From NCBI GenBank assembly GCA_043228905.1, contig JBHGNT010000147.1, positions 1,308-65,307 on the forward strand: a DNA stretch of 64,000 bases. Direction: 5' to 3'. The translations under genes and the position numbers were made by a program. The stretch's first letter is position 1. Every line of letters begins with the position of its first letter. Shown piece by piece: positions 12,490-25,300 of this stretch. This DNA comes from Azolla caroliniana. Its lineage: Eukaryota > Plantae > Polypodiophyta. The notes under the pieces are model-generated. The model saw nothing but the letters and a program-made list of their open reading frames with translations, searched no databases and was not told where the DNA came from.

Positions 12490-12689
12490 AATATTCTTCT
12501 TTACTTATAATTTCTTCGTGTGTTTCCTTATGGTTTCGTCTAGAAGTCATGTTGTAAATCAAAAGATAAAAGAAAGAAAAGACAAAGAGGACAAACAAAG
12601 TTAGCCGAGCATCGATGCCTTGCGCGCTAGGTTCGAGTTGAGAAGCACATGTATGCTCTCTCGTTTACTCAGCCGATGACGTTGTCAGA

Positions 12690-13305
12690 AGTGTAGGTGA
12701 TAGCAACGGCCGACGACGACGACAACAACAACGACTACACACGGCAACAGCGGTGGCAACGATGACGGCCAAGAACGGATGACATCAGTGACGACGATGG
12801 CGGCAGACAACAAACAGTGAAGGCAACGACGACAGTCGGCAGACAACAAACAGTGAAGGTGACGACGACGGTCGACAGACGATGACGGCTGCAGATGAAG
12901 GCGGCGGCAACGACAATGGCAGAAAGAGCCGTGAGAGATTGAGAGTGAGAGAAAGATATAGACTACAAAGAGGAGAGAGAGAGAGAGAGGGAGGGAGGGA
13001 GGGAGGGAGACAACAGACAAGGGGAGAGAGAGAGAGTGAGAGTGAGGGAGAACTACATAGATGAGGAGAGAGAGAGAGACACAGAGAGAGAGACACAGAG
13101 ACAGAGGGAGACCACACAAATGTGTGTGTGTGAGAGAGAGACAGAGGGGGAGACTACACAGAGGAGAGACAGAGACAAAAGGAGAGAACACAAACGTGAG
13201 CGAGAGAGTGGGACGGAAGGAGGGGGAGAGAGAGAGATGGAGGTAGGGAGGGAGCTTGTACAATGTATACTACATAGTGGATCATCTGTGAGAGAGAGAG
13301 AGAGA
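12690..13305. repeat. Low-complexity (GAC/CAA)n, (GA)n and (GGGA)n microsatellite tract
   Basis: Visible simple repeats; the overlapping ORFs are compositional artefacts. Confidence 0.85.
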
Positions 13306-13309
13306 GGGA

Positions 13310-13531
13310 GGTTTGGAAACCGGTTTGGAAACCGGTTTCTAAGCTGCTTATCAAACTGGACTTTGGAAACCGGTTTCTCAGCCGTTTTGCAAACTGGTTT
13401 AGCCTAAACCGGGGATAAGTTTGGTTCGGTTTGGTTCAGGTTTGAGAACCCCAAAACGGTTTAGGCTTAACCGGTTTGGCTTGGATCAAGCCAAACCGGC
13501 TAAGCCTAAACCGAACCGTTGCCGATCCCTA
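13310..13531 (-). mobile_element. Orphan end of a hAT-type DNA transposon
   Basis: Terminus reads TAGGGATCGGCAACGGTTCGG on the minus strand with dense AAACCG/CGGTTT subterminal motifs. It shares ATCGGCAACGGTT with the MITE at 18895. No partner end found. Confidence 0.6.
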
Positions 13532-16169
13532 GCAATGAGATATACTTAACATATCATGTGCATGGGCAAGCAGAGCAACCTTGCACTAACACAATAATGG
13601 TTCATGATCTTGCATAATCATTTTGTTTTAGTTAGAGTGTAGTATGATAATTGGAATCGAAATGTTGTATGAAGCAACAAGCTATTTTTGCCTTCATGGA
13701 AGTGTGATATATTGGGTATCATATTAAATAATAACAAGAAAACTATGTTGTTTATGGAATTAGACAAGGATAGCAACAAGCATATGGTCCATATGTGTAT
13801 ATGCAAAAGCACATAGGTTGTGTAGTTTTGTTATTGCCCTTTTTTAGGAAAACTTTCAAACTAATTCTTCAGCCTTTTAAGCAATTGGAATACTCCACAA
13901 GTTTTGGAAAACTAATTCAAACAATTGCTCATAATTGCCTCACTAAAATCTTCTAAATGATAATAATATGATAGGTAAAGATAGCATATAGTTAAACCTT
14001 TAGTGATCTAGGGTGGAAAAGTACATCAATGATATGATATTTCTTATGTGATCCTTTAGCTTGATCGAAGAAAGTCTATCTTGAAAGGTAAGGCTAACAT
14101 AAGAAGTGTCCTATAAGTCTTAATGCAAATATTCCTACTTAGTCATGGGTTTCTTTCAAAAATATGCTTCCTTCATAGTTCCTATGCAGAATTAGTCATG
14201 GGCCACTCTAGAATTGGACAACATGGGATCAATACAACATGATCTGTAAATTGTTGAATCGATATGCTTCTTCATATCACGATGGAGTAATTAAGGTAGA
14301 GGCCTAACATTGGAATGACTTCCAAGGTTCTTTATTTTATGTTGAGGTGTGCCTAAATAATTTCCCTATAAACCAGAGTGAATACACCTTTTCCTATCAC
14401 TCACAAGTATGGGATGGTTTGATTGTTCAGACCCAACCTCCTTGCCTCAAGTTCTATATTACAATGCAATTGTTTGGACTTTTGCATCATTTGACTTGGT
14501 CTACTCTTTTCTTGGGTAATATTCTCCTAATTTAATGATTCACAATAATTTCTTGGTTTGTTTAGGTCCCATCACCTGAGTGAAGAGATGCATACAATTG
14601 TCCTTTGTTGGATAGTACTCAAACTTCACCTTCGCATTAGAAATGAGTTGTAATATGAAGTGGCATTGGATCTTTATATCTTGGTACTCCCATGGAAGAT
14701 TATATTTTTTGTGATACTGATACACATTGCTCTCACATCCTATTCTCATACACTTCCCCCCAATCACCATGGTGCGAGAAGCTTTCTTAGCCATATTATT
14801 TCAAATCCTCCTTTCATTGAGGATAGTCAAACTTTTGATGACTACTTTCCTAGGTAGTATTGGCTATAAAGGGTCTGGCTAACATGGGGGAGAAGTTGGG
14901 ATTGAAAAATTGTCCGGAATCTAGTTGGTTCACATTTTCGGAACCACATATTTAACATAAAAAGCTTGTTTCCCTCTTCATTCTTTTCCCACTTCTATTT
15001 GCTTGAGTCAAATGAGCTAATGATTGCATGTGCTTCTACTTCTGCTTCAAACTCAACAATTGCTTTTGCTTCTCTTCTCCTGAGTCCTATGAAATATTAA
15101 CAACTAATTTTGCTTCTCTTTTGTTCACCTAGAGTTTCTTACATATGTCCTTAAGTTGAACTTAGAAATACCATTGATTATCGAATCTAAGATTCCAATT
15201 GTGTTTTTGCTTCTCTCAATGTGTCCAAATCTATTTCTAATTTAAAGGGTAAGTCATAAAAAAATTTGTGTTAGTAAAAAATATAAATAAAAACCCTTGT
15301 GCACTTGATTTATAATATGAAGATATAAAATACTCACTTTTTTAGAAGCAATCAACCCTTTGTATTTTCCAATCAGACCTTGCAAATATGTTTCTTTGTT
15401 GTGTGTTTTTGTTTGATCAAAATAAACTTGGACCATTTAGGTAAAGATAAATCCTCATTTAAAGATGGAAAATCGTCCAAAAAATGATTTTAAGATAATT
15501 TCTCATTATTGATCCATGGATGGGTATTTTGGAAATTGCAAATTTTCGTGCCCAGTGCATATGCAAACAATTATGACATATTCAGGGTTCTACATGTTTA
15601 TTTTCATGCGAAACATACCTCCACAATCCCATAGGGTAAGCATGATAGTTATAACTTATAACTAATTGACATAAAAACAAGGCCCTTATATGCTTGTTCC
15701 ACCATCCATTTGCTGATATTAGAAGTTCAATTGCTCATTATATCACACATACCTTAAAGTGTGGAATTAAATGGACTTTGTGGAGTTAAAGTTAATAATA
15801 CATACCTTAATCTCACACATTATCTAGTACCCTATGACAGAAAGATGCAACTTTGATGTTTTTCTTCACACAACATGTTGGTAAGTAACACCAAAAACCT
15901 ATGAAAGGGACAAACGAGCTCATTGTCAAGGGGGGAATCTTTGGAGAAGACAATCAGCATTGCCGAAATTTTAGTTGGGCTTGGGGTTACGAATCAAGAG
16001 TGTGTAAGACCAACAGTGAAAAGATGCAACAAAGCCTTCATCTGTTGGGATGTCCCAAAACTAGGACTTAGATTTGAAGGATCCGATCCACATAAGTAAT
16101 GGAAATAGACATGGGTGATATAGAAGTCCCAAAGCCAATCAACAAAGTGGTAGACCTAACATGAGAACA

Positions 16170-17390
16170 AGACTAATTGATGACGCACGGTCCATGTGAC
16201 AAAAGATCAAATTAGGATGATTTTATGGAATTGTAATGATGCACTTTGGACACACCCTGGACATCTTGAGGAAATTTTAAAAATATCAAATATTCTTTTT
16301 CCAGTAGTAACACACTAGAGCCCAAATAGAGGACTTCCACGAGTTGAAGGTTTTCACTGGGAATCGATATTTAGACATACCCCACGTTGACACACTACTA
16401 GAGGATCTGGAGATGTTGCAATCTTGTTTCAGAGAGAGCTACGTAATAGAATAAAAATACTAAGAACGGACCCAAAAGCCCATTTTATGTGGGTGAAAGT
16501 CCTCACTACCAAGGACTAGGAAATATTTATTTCCATTTATTACTTTCCCCCAAGAGGATCCCATTATAATATGGTTGGAGAAGCGAGATTAGCTGCTCAA
16601 GGACAGCCACATAAGCCTTCCCCCATACGAACCTTTATCGGATGACGTAATCCGATACTCTTCTCAAGGCAAAGTCTTCCTTTTAGGAGATTTCAATGTG
16701 AGAACCCAATCCCGATAGTGCACAATATTTAAGATGGATAAAAACCTAGAAATGGTGAGTGTTGATCCCTCAACTATAGGCATCACGCGTAGATCAAATG
16801 ACCAAGGTGCGAACGACACAATATTTGGCCATCATCTACTTGAACTTGGAAGTTGGCACCAGATTATCATAAGTAATGGTTTAGCAAAGTAGTTGGGCTC
16901 AGAAGAGCTCACATGTTTTCTGCATGGAGGAGGTTAAAGCATGATTCTTCCTTGCCTTCAAAGAAATATTACTACACAACTCACACACATCCTTCCTTCA
17001 CTCTGCAACAATTAGTATTTTCCCACACACGAAACTCTCCAAGCAAGGTAGAGTAGGGTCTATGTCACAAAGTAATATGAGTGTGGGAGGCATCTCAATA
17101 TTGGAAACTCTACCATATGCTCACGAGTAGCGATTGCACCACTGCTTGGAAGATACTACAAGAACCAAGAACACACACACCCATCGAGGATCCTAACACT
17201 TGGCACACATATACATCGAGACTTCCCCAAGTCCGAAACTAACCACCCATTTGTATGTTTTTATACCTCGACCTACCATGGACACATTTTTCACGACCTC
17301 TAGGATCATTAAGTTCATAAAGAAATTACAACATAGAAAGTCCATGGATCACACAAGATTGCGAGCTGAACACGTCATATATGCTTGAGA
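16170..17390 (+). pseudogene. Second, more decayed copy of the same LINE (APE region), inverted relative to 10605-12660
   Basis: Colinear nucleotide similarity to 11740-10600, e.g. GCACTTTGGACACACCCTGG, TGTGGGTGAAAGTCCTCAC, GGAGATTTCAATG; internal deletion near 16945. Confidence 0.8.
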
Positions 17391-18894
17391 GTGCCTAACT
17401 CGTTTTCCCACTCTAGTCTTCAACCATGCCTCATGAAGGGTTTTCCATCACAGTGGACCATGAACATAGTGGCTAAGTTTATGTTTACTACAAGCTTGCA
17501 AGTTGACTACATTAGATGAAGAATAGTTGCCTAAGTTTATAAATGAAAATTAAGTTTAACGATAATGTCGGCCAATGGAAATGGAGACACTACTCATGTT
17601 GCACTATAAAGATCTACTCACGAAATTTGAAAATGAGATTAAAAAGAATGCCCAATTAGAGGTTGATCTAAACAATGCTTGAGCAAAGCTATTTGAAAAT
17701 GACTACATTTACAACAATGATATACAAAACATTGCAATAATTTTAGAAACTAGAACACCAGTCAAATTTATTTTGTCCAATTTAATGTTTTTCAAATCTT
17801 AGCTATAGAATATAATAGATTCCATGCCCTTACATAGCTAACAAATGCTAAAGTTTTAAGAAAACATGGTCAAACAAAATTTGAGAAATACTATTTTAGA
17901 CATTTTCAAGAAAATATTCTTTGATTCTTAAATAAATATAAAGTTTTAGGCATGTGCTTCAATAAGATGAGGATCCTTAAAACATATGAATGTGACCATA
18001 TAATAATTACAAATGAAGATTCTTTGTAACCTATAATTAACAAGAGATATATGACCATAACATAAAGAGATTTTACTTTAAACATAATAAATTGTTGAAA
18101 TGATGCAAACAACCCTTAAAATGTTTTAATATCCACATTTTAATGTTACAATAGCTTTGCCCCATGGTTGATCTCATTTCATGTTTCCTTCCATGATATT
18201 GCAAGGTTTTAGTGTTTGAGGACAAGTGTTCAAAACCTCCAAGAGTGGTATTGTCACAATTTACAAACATGCAAATAATTAGATTTAAAAACAAGCAAAT
18301 TTTGACACAACAAAATGTATTATTCTTATTTTTCTTTTTCCTAAATTTGATTTCTAACCACGCAACAAAATCTAATCAGCGTTGCAGTACAATTTTTGCA
18401 CTTGGAGTACAATACTTGGCCTTGTAGAAGATGTTCCTTTTGAGGAAAATAGCGTAAACATCTTTTTTTTTCCTTTATGTAACCTCCCATCAATTGTTTA
18501 ACTGAATGTGAACAATTACTCGATGTACAAAATGAGAGACGCTCGTGACCATTGTCATCTCACATCTTCTTTTTAGACTTTATGCTAAGAGATACCCATC
18601 AAAGTTTTAAATTCGTATAAGCTTAACACGTGCATATTGTTTTATGAATGAGGCCTATGACCAACAATTCTACTGAGTAAAGAAAGTACAGTACCTCTAA
18701 TGTTAAAATACAATTATCCTTAAAATGGTTAAATTTAAGACGGTATGATTAAGGTCGAAAGTAAGTTATAGACGCATTATTAAATAGAACGATCCCTTCT
18801 AACCCGGGGATGAGGTACAAAGTCTCTATGCAATTCATAACACACGTGCATATATATAAATTCTACCTCAGGTGGAAATAACATACGAGACAAC

Positions 18895-19337
18895 TAACAA
18901 TCGGCAACGGTTTGGTACCGAACCATGAAACTACGGCTTAATGGCTTAACGGTTTGGTTCGGTTTCAACAGTCAAAAACCGCGGTTTAAATGGTTTTTTT
19001 TTTTTTAATTTAAAAAATTAAAAAATCATTTTTAAACAATCTTTTCATATTTAGACCTTATTCTCATATTTTAGGAACATCTTTAAAACTTTAAAATTTT
19101 AGAATAATGAAATATTAAAAATTTTAAAATTTTAAAATTGACTTAAGTTGAAAACCGAAACCAAACCATGAAACCGCGGTTTTCACGGTTTAATGATTTA
19201 ATGGTTTGAAAAATGTTTAATGGTTCGGTTTAACAGTTTCATGGCTCGGTTCAGGTTTCAAAATATTTTAACGGTTTGGTTCCAAACTAGTTTGGTTTGG
19301 ACCCTCTCGAATCGAATCGAACCATTGCTGATTGTTA
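18895..19337. mobile_element. hAT-superfamily MITE (443 bp)
   Basis: Imperfect TIRs TAACAATCGGCAACGGTT / AACCATTGCTGATTGTTA, perfect 8-bp TSD GAGACAAC (18887-18894, 19338-19345), AAACCG subterminal repeats, AT-rich core. Confidence 0.92.
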
Positions 19338-19385
19338 GAGACAACTAGAGTAAGATGGTTTCTACCTTAGGTGGACAACTGAATA

Positions 19386-19797
19386 AATAGGTGATGGAAC
19401 CTTACCAAATGGAATGGTGAAATGGAGATAACTACTTCTTCACGTCATAGAGAATATATTTGTAAGATTCTTTGGCATAGTTGAACGAAAAATGTCGTAA
19501 GATTTTTCATAGCCCTAAATCAAATGAAAAGTACCTTCTGTAATGCCCTAGCTTTTATACGTGTAGGATATATATTGATCCGTATTGAATCAATAGGTGA
19601 TGGAACCTTACCAAATGGAATGGTGAAATGGAGATACCTACTTCTTCACATCATAGAGAATATATCTATAAGATTCTTTAGCATAGTTGAATGAGGAATG
19701 TCGTAAGATTTTTCACAACCCAAAATCAAATGAAAAAGTAACCTTAATGCTCTAGCTTTTCAATAGGTTTTATACATGTAGGCTATATGTTGATCCC
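19386..19797. repeat. Tandem duplication, period ~206 bp
   Basis: AATAGGTGATGGAACCTTACCAAATGGAATGGTGAAATGGAG... begins at both 19386 and 19592. Confidence 0.9.
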
Positions 19798-20289
19798 TAA
19801 GACATCCTCCAACGGATGATTAAAGGAAGCACTAAACATTGCAAAAGCATGTGACATAGTGTCACCTACTAAAAGCTATCATTGTATCCATTCTAGAACA
19901 TGATGCTAAACATCGTGGAAAAAACCCCAACATTTAGTGTAGTGGTTTTAAAAACAAATATAAAAAGTTTATGGAAAAAGGGGATTGAAAATCCTCCTTT
20001 TCATTTATGCAAAGGCAAACACTACTCCCTCCCATTGACCAAAAATAGAGTGCTCCACACTCTCTTCCTCTTCATACACCGTGCGCACACACACATGTAT
20101 AAACTTTACATGTAGATAATCGTTTAAACATACATACATGTACACATGCTTATAATTAGTGATTTCCATTACGAGACATTGTTTTTGAGGTCCCAAAGTG
20201 TCCCAAATAAGAATTGAGTGATTTCCATCACAAGACTTTGCTTTTGAGGTCCCAAAGTGTCACAAAAACCTGTGAAGTTTGTCAGAGGT

Positions 20290-20890
20290 ATATTCAACTA
20301 TTCGGTATAGAGATGAGCTAAAACCAACATATTTATCATCAATGCATTATAAATGGATGGTTGATCTAGTGACAATGCCACTTGGGGAAGGTCAAATGCG
20401 ATATTAGTACTAGCAAGAGAAGAACTTACAAACCAAGTAGAAGGAAGACCACTACGAGATAAAACAACAAGAGTTGTATGTAAATTTCTGTTAGAAGATG
20501 TAATATGTTGTTATGGGTGTGTTGGTAAAATAATTGCAGATAGAGGAGAACTTGATTCTGATGAAGCTGAAGATATAGAGCGTCAACCTGAAGATATAGA
20601 ATTAGCAGCCTAACGATTGAAGGAGGCTCGACTGAAGAATAAAATTCGTTTTGATAAAACTCCCAGAATTTGGCCTAAGAAAATAAAAGAGGGGATTGGG
20701 TACTTCTGTATGATAGCATGTTAGATAATCAACATAACACTGTCTACAAAGTTCGCTGAAAGATGGTTTGGGCCTTAGATAGTAACAAAAGTATATGATA
20801 ACTTTACTTATAAGCTTAGTGAATTGGATGAGACACTAATCCTAAATGTGGTAGCTGGAAAGAGGATAAAAGTATTTAAGAAAAGGTTTT
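20290..20890 (+). pseudogene. Decayed Ty3/Gypsy integrase fragment
   Basis: Translates as WMVDLVTMP...EGRPLRDKTT..VCKFLLEDVICCYGCVGKIIADRGE...RWFGP...YKLSELD with stops and deletions. Confidence 0.75.
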
Positions 20891-21161
20891 GAGCTTGAAC
20901 CTCCTCCAATAAATCAACATGAAGATGAAAGATAATGGCACATGTTGGAGGATGTGCAGGTCTAGATGGGGTGGATGTTGTGAAATATGAAAGCTTCACG
21001 TTAAAAGTCTAGAATAAGATACATACATAACTAAAATAAAATAAATCTTGATAATGTTTTATACATAAAGATAATATTAACAACACACTATAATAATATT
21101 ATACATTATATGTAGAGGCAAATATAAAGAGAGTATATATTATATTACGTGGACAAGAGAG

Positions 21162-21614
21162 TGTTGGCCGGCAAAGACTGAAAAGCCGGATAAAGTCCAG
21201 AATGGGAAAGGGATAATTAATCTATAATTATTATTATTGTGAGAAGCGAACAGATGGACCCGGGATCGGTATGCCGATCCGGATCCGGACCGGTTCGTGG
21301 CCGGTTGTCGGTTGGCACCGGTTCGTACCCAGAGGCGGTGACCTATAAAAGGACCCGGTTAGATTGTAATCAATTAGCGGTTTATTAATGAAAGTGTTGT
21401 TGTTCTACATCTTATCTTTGAGCTTAGTTAATTACTGTTCTATGCTTAATATAACCTATCTTACGTGTGTATTATGATCATCAACCACGCCGGTTAGTAA
21501 CCGGTTAGGAATATGCTTGCATCACGGTCTACACCTACCCAACTTGCACCACCCTTTGGTGAAGTGTCCTAAGGGACACCTTGTTTTAGGGCCAGTACGG
21601 CCCAAGGAGTAACA
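21162..21614 (+). repeat. 5' LTR of Gypsy D
   Basis: TG...AACA ends, internal TATA box, followed by a PBS-like motif and gag. No partner LTR in the window, so boundaries are approximate. Confidence 0.6.
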
Positions 21615-22390
21615 CAATTTTTGGCGAATAGGATTCCTGCTCAAGCGCAGTCAATAGCAGGGGGCATGGATGACTAGACCAACAAACGACCCAACAACGG
21701 AGCGAGCGAGACGACTCGCCGAAAGACTGCGGAAGCGTGAAGCGTACCAACAAGCGATAGCAGAAATCCGCGCGGATTGATCCTTGTCAAAGGTGATCCG
21801 ACGAGTGGCTGCGGAGTCACTCTGTTTGCAGCAAAATTCTCATCCAGACGAAGGAAGCAGTTTAAGTAGTCTGAAGGAAGCGGAATCCATCCTGCAGGCA
21901 TTAGCAATGGGAGAAGGAGATTCAAAACCATTTTCGACGTTTGAATCAAATTCAGATGGCGAGTATAACGCACATTCGAATTACCGCACCAGTCGCGACA
22001 CCCCGGACGGACCGGAGGACAAGGAATCGGATAATATACCGACACTGGAACCGGTGATAACAGAACTAGAAGCTTCATGAAGGCACGAGGTGGATCAACC
22101 TCCGACACTGCCATGTGCGCCTCCAAAGGAGGAAGAGGGAAGACCCTCGATACCAAAAAAGGAGGAGGAAAGACCTCCAACACCGCCTCCAACAGAAGAG
22201 GAGGAGAGACCTCCGTCACCATGAGCTCGAGCTCTGACACCGGACGATGATATGCCGTTCCAATATCCCAAGTACCAGGATGATCCGGACACGGAAGCCC
22301 ATGTGTATGCATTTCTACAAACATGGGAAGCTAACCATGTGTCGCAACGCTTAACCGCAATAGAATGTACCATGTGGTCACAGTGCATGT

Positions 22391-25300
22391 TGTTAGGAAA
22401 CAGGTTCCTCCGGATGGGAAGTGAGAACCGGATGTGGAGTACCCGGCAACGGAAGACCCGGTGAGAACTGGATGTGGAGTACTCGGCAACGGAAGACCCG
22501 GTGAGAATCTCTCATCAGATGGAAGGGACATATATGTAAATATGTTCCAGAGAGCCCACCGGGGCTATATTTGTAAATAGCCCGAAAGTCATATTAGTAT
22601 AAATATGACCTAGGGCAAGCTTAATGTGGATGTAGAGTTTGTTGTGTTATTGTTGGTGTGGCGATAATTCAGAGCGTAACTGTGTACAGAGAAGAGAGAG
22701 AGAGAGGAAGAGGTTGTTGACTCTGTTGTAACCGCATGGTGGCGAAGCGAGGGAGCAAGAGGTCGTTGCCTCTGTGCCCCATTGTTGTAATCTTGATATA
22801 GTGATATTTTGTAGTCCGAGGGCTGCCGTGGTTTTTCCCAGATTTGGGTTTTCCACGTTAATATCTAGTGCACTCTCTTCCTTATTGTTTCGCGCGTAGA
22901 TACATCTCACCACATCCCTATTTTCTGTGCTTAATCCGACATCTCGGTTGTGGCCGAGCATAGCAAGGAAACCGTATTCCTGTCAAACTGGTATCAGAGT
23001 GAGACGACGCAGAAAAATGGACGATTCGTTGGGAGGCATGTTCAAGCTCACCGGCTCCAACTATTCAGTGTGGAAGTCGAAGATGAGGGACATGCTCGTG
23101 GTTAAAGATCTTTGGTTTCCGGTTCAGTTCGGGGACAAGAGACCGGACAAAATCGATGCCACGATATGGGAGGTGATGCACATGAAGACAACGGCGTACA
23201 TACGGTGATTTATCGACATGAGTCTATAGAACAACTTCAATGAAGAGAGCAAGGCTCATGAGCTCTAGGAGAAGATCGACATTATGTTTCAGAACAAAAA
23301 TGTTGTTAATCAGGTTTCGGTATTCCAGAAGCTAGTAAGACTCTGGTACCAAGATGGCTCCAGCATGACGGAGCACATGAATGCCTTGCAGGGGCTGATA
23401 CACCAGGCAACATCATTAGAAGTACCTCTCGCTGATGAGGTACTAGCACTACTTCTGCTCGGTTCCCTCCCAGATAGCTGGGAGGCGTTGGTCGTCACTT
23501 TGGGCAACGCCGGGCTGGAAGGGAAACGGTTATCCCTAGCAAGAGTGAAGTCGAGCTTGCTAGATGAGGAGGCGCATCGGAGAGATAAGGATACGAGCTC
23601 CGACTCCAAAGCGCTCCTTACCGAATCGGAACGTGGAAGGCAAAGGAACCGTAGTCCCCAGAACTGGGAAAAGTCGGGAACACGGTCAAAGTCAAGGGGG
23701 AGGTCTACTTGCTTCTATTGCGGCAAGCTGGGACACTTCTAGAAGAACTGGGCACTTCCGAAAAGACAAGAAAACCGACGGTACCGATTCGAAGCGGACA
23801 TTGGACTGAAACGGTAAAGACCGGAGGGGGCCAGACCGGAAGGGAATGACGGCAATCGTGGCAAGTGAAGAAGAGTTGATGCTCATCACCGAGGAGAGTG
23901 AGCTAAACCTTGCTGGTGACGAGAGAACGTGGGTGGTCGATTCCGGAGCGTTGTTCCACCTTACCCCAGACCGGAAATGCTTCTCATCCTACACAACCGG
24001 TGATCACGGCTGTGTCCGGATGGGGAATGAAGGTACATGCCGAATTGTCTGCATAGGAGACGTGTGGTTGACAACACCAACCGGATGCAAGCTGCTGCTG
24101 AAGGATGTCCGACACGTTCTGGAGGTTCGACTGAACCTGATATCAGCCAGTCGGCTAGACAATGAAGGCTACACGGGTAGCATCTGGAACGATGTTATGA
24201 AGTTCAGCAAAGGGAGCCTGATTGTGGCTCGGGCCCGGAAGGTCAACACGTTGTACTTGATGAATGCCCGGTTATGCCCGGAAGAAGTGAACGTGGCTTC
24301 CGACATTGCCGGTGAACTGTGGCACAAGAGGCTGTGTCACATGAGCGAGAAGGGGATGAAGAGGCTTGCAAACGACAACCTCATTCCAGTGAAGAACGTG
24401 CACTTGGAGAAGTGCACTGATTGTTTGGCCAGGAAACAAAACTGGACCTCCTTCCGATTGAGGCCACCGATGAGACGTAATGCACCACTAGAGCTGGTGC
24501 ATACTGATGTGTGTCAAGTGGACACGAAGTCACCTGCCGGATCGTAGTGCTTCGTGACGTTCATAGATGACCACAGCCGGAAGCTGTGGGCCACACCATT
24601 GAAGATGAAGGATCAAGTGCTATCCGTCTTCAAAGAGGTCCACGTGAGAATGGAAAGAGAAACCGGCCGGAAGCTGAAGGCGGTTCGAGTAGATAACGAA
24701 GGTGAATACCGGGGGCAATTCGAGGAGTATTGTCGCTCGAAGGGAATCCGGTTCGAATTTACCGTGCCGAAGACGCCAGAACTAAACGGGCTGGACGAGA
24801 GGATGAACCAGACCATAATGGAGAGGGTCCGGAGTATGCTGGCGCATGCAAAATTACCCAAGACATTTTGGGCTGAGGCGCTGTCGACATCGACGTATGT
24901 GATAAACAGATCACCCTCAGTGCCCTTGGATGGAGACACGCCGCAGAAGGTGTGGACCGGTAAGGAAGTGTCCTACCGGCATCTGAAGGTGTTCGGGTGT
25001 CTCGCGTACGTGCATGTTACTAAGGACCGGAGAGGAAAGTTGGATCCAAAGACCCGGCCATGCATATTCCTCAGATACGGCGATGATGAGTTCGGCTACC
25101 GAGTGTGGGATCCGGTTGACAAGAAGGCTTTCCGGAGCCGAGATATTATCTTCATGGAGGACAAGACTCTTGCCGACTGGGAGTCGGAGAAGAAGATAAT
25201 GAACTCCGATGAGATTCGGACCCACCCGGCTAAGAGCCGGTTGACACTTGAGGAACCAGCCGGTTACGGTGAGGATACCGAACCGGCAGAAGAAGAAGTA

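Larger units (their letters stand above)
10605..12660 (-). mobile_element. Non-LTR retrotransposon (LINE) 5' portion: ORF1 + APE endonuclease, RT missing
   Basis: Coiled-coil ORF1 with RCLNIQVTRL...IYLNEDLT (11758-12489, one stop), followed by ORF2 from ATG 11721 with APE motifs VVCYFPP, LVGDFNART, GGGESIVDY and DH. Confidence 0.85.

Noticed and set aside
12685-13407. ORFs rich in Leu/Ser or Arg/Glu
   Set aside because: They are translations of microsatellite DNA.
13560-15620. Decayed retroelement and possible transposase scraps (Copia RNase H tail at 14540-14660; YFDQ...YLQGLI at 15254-15436)
   Set aside because: Too degenerate to define boundaries or family without alignment.
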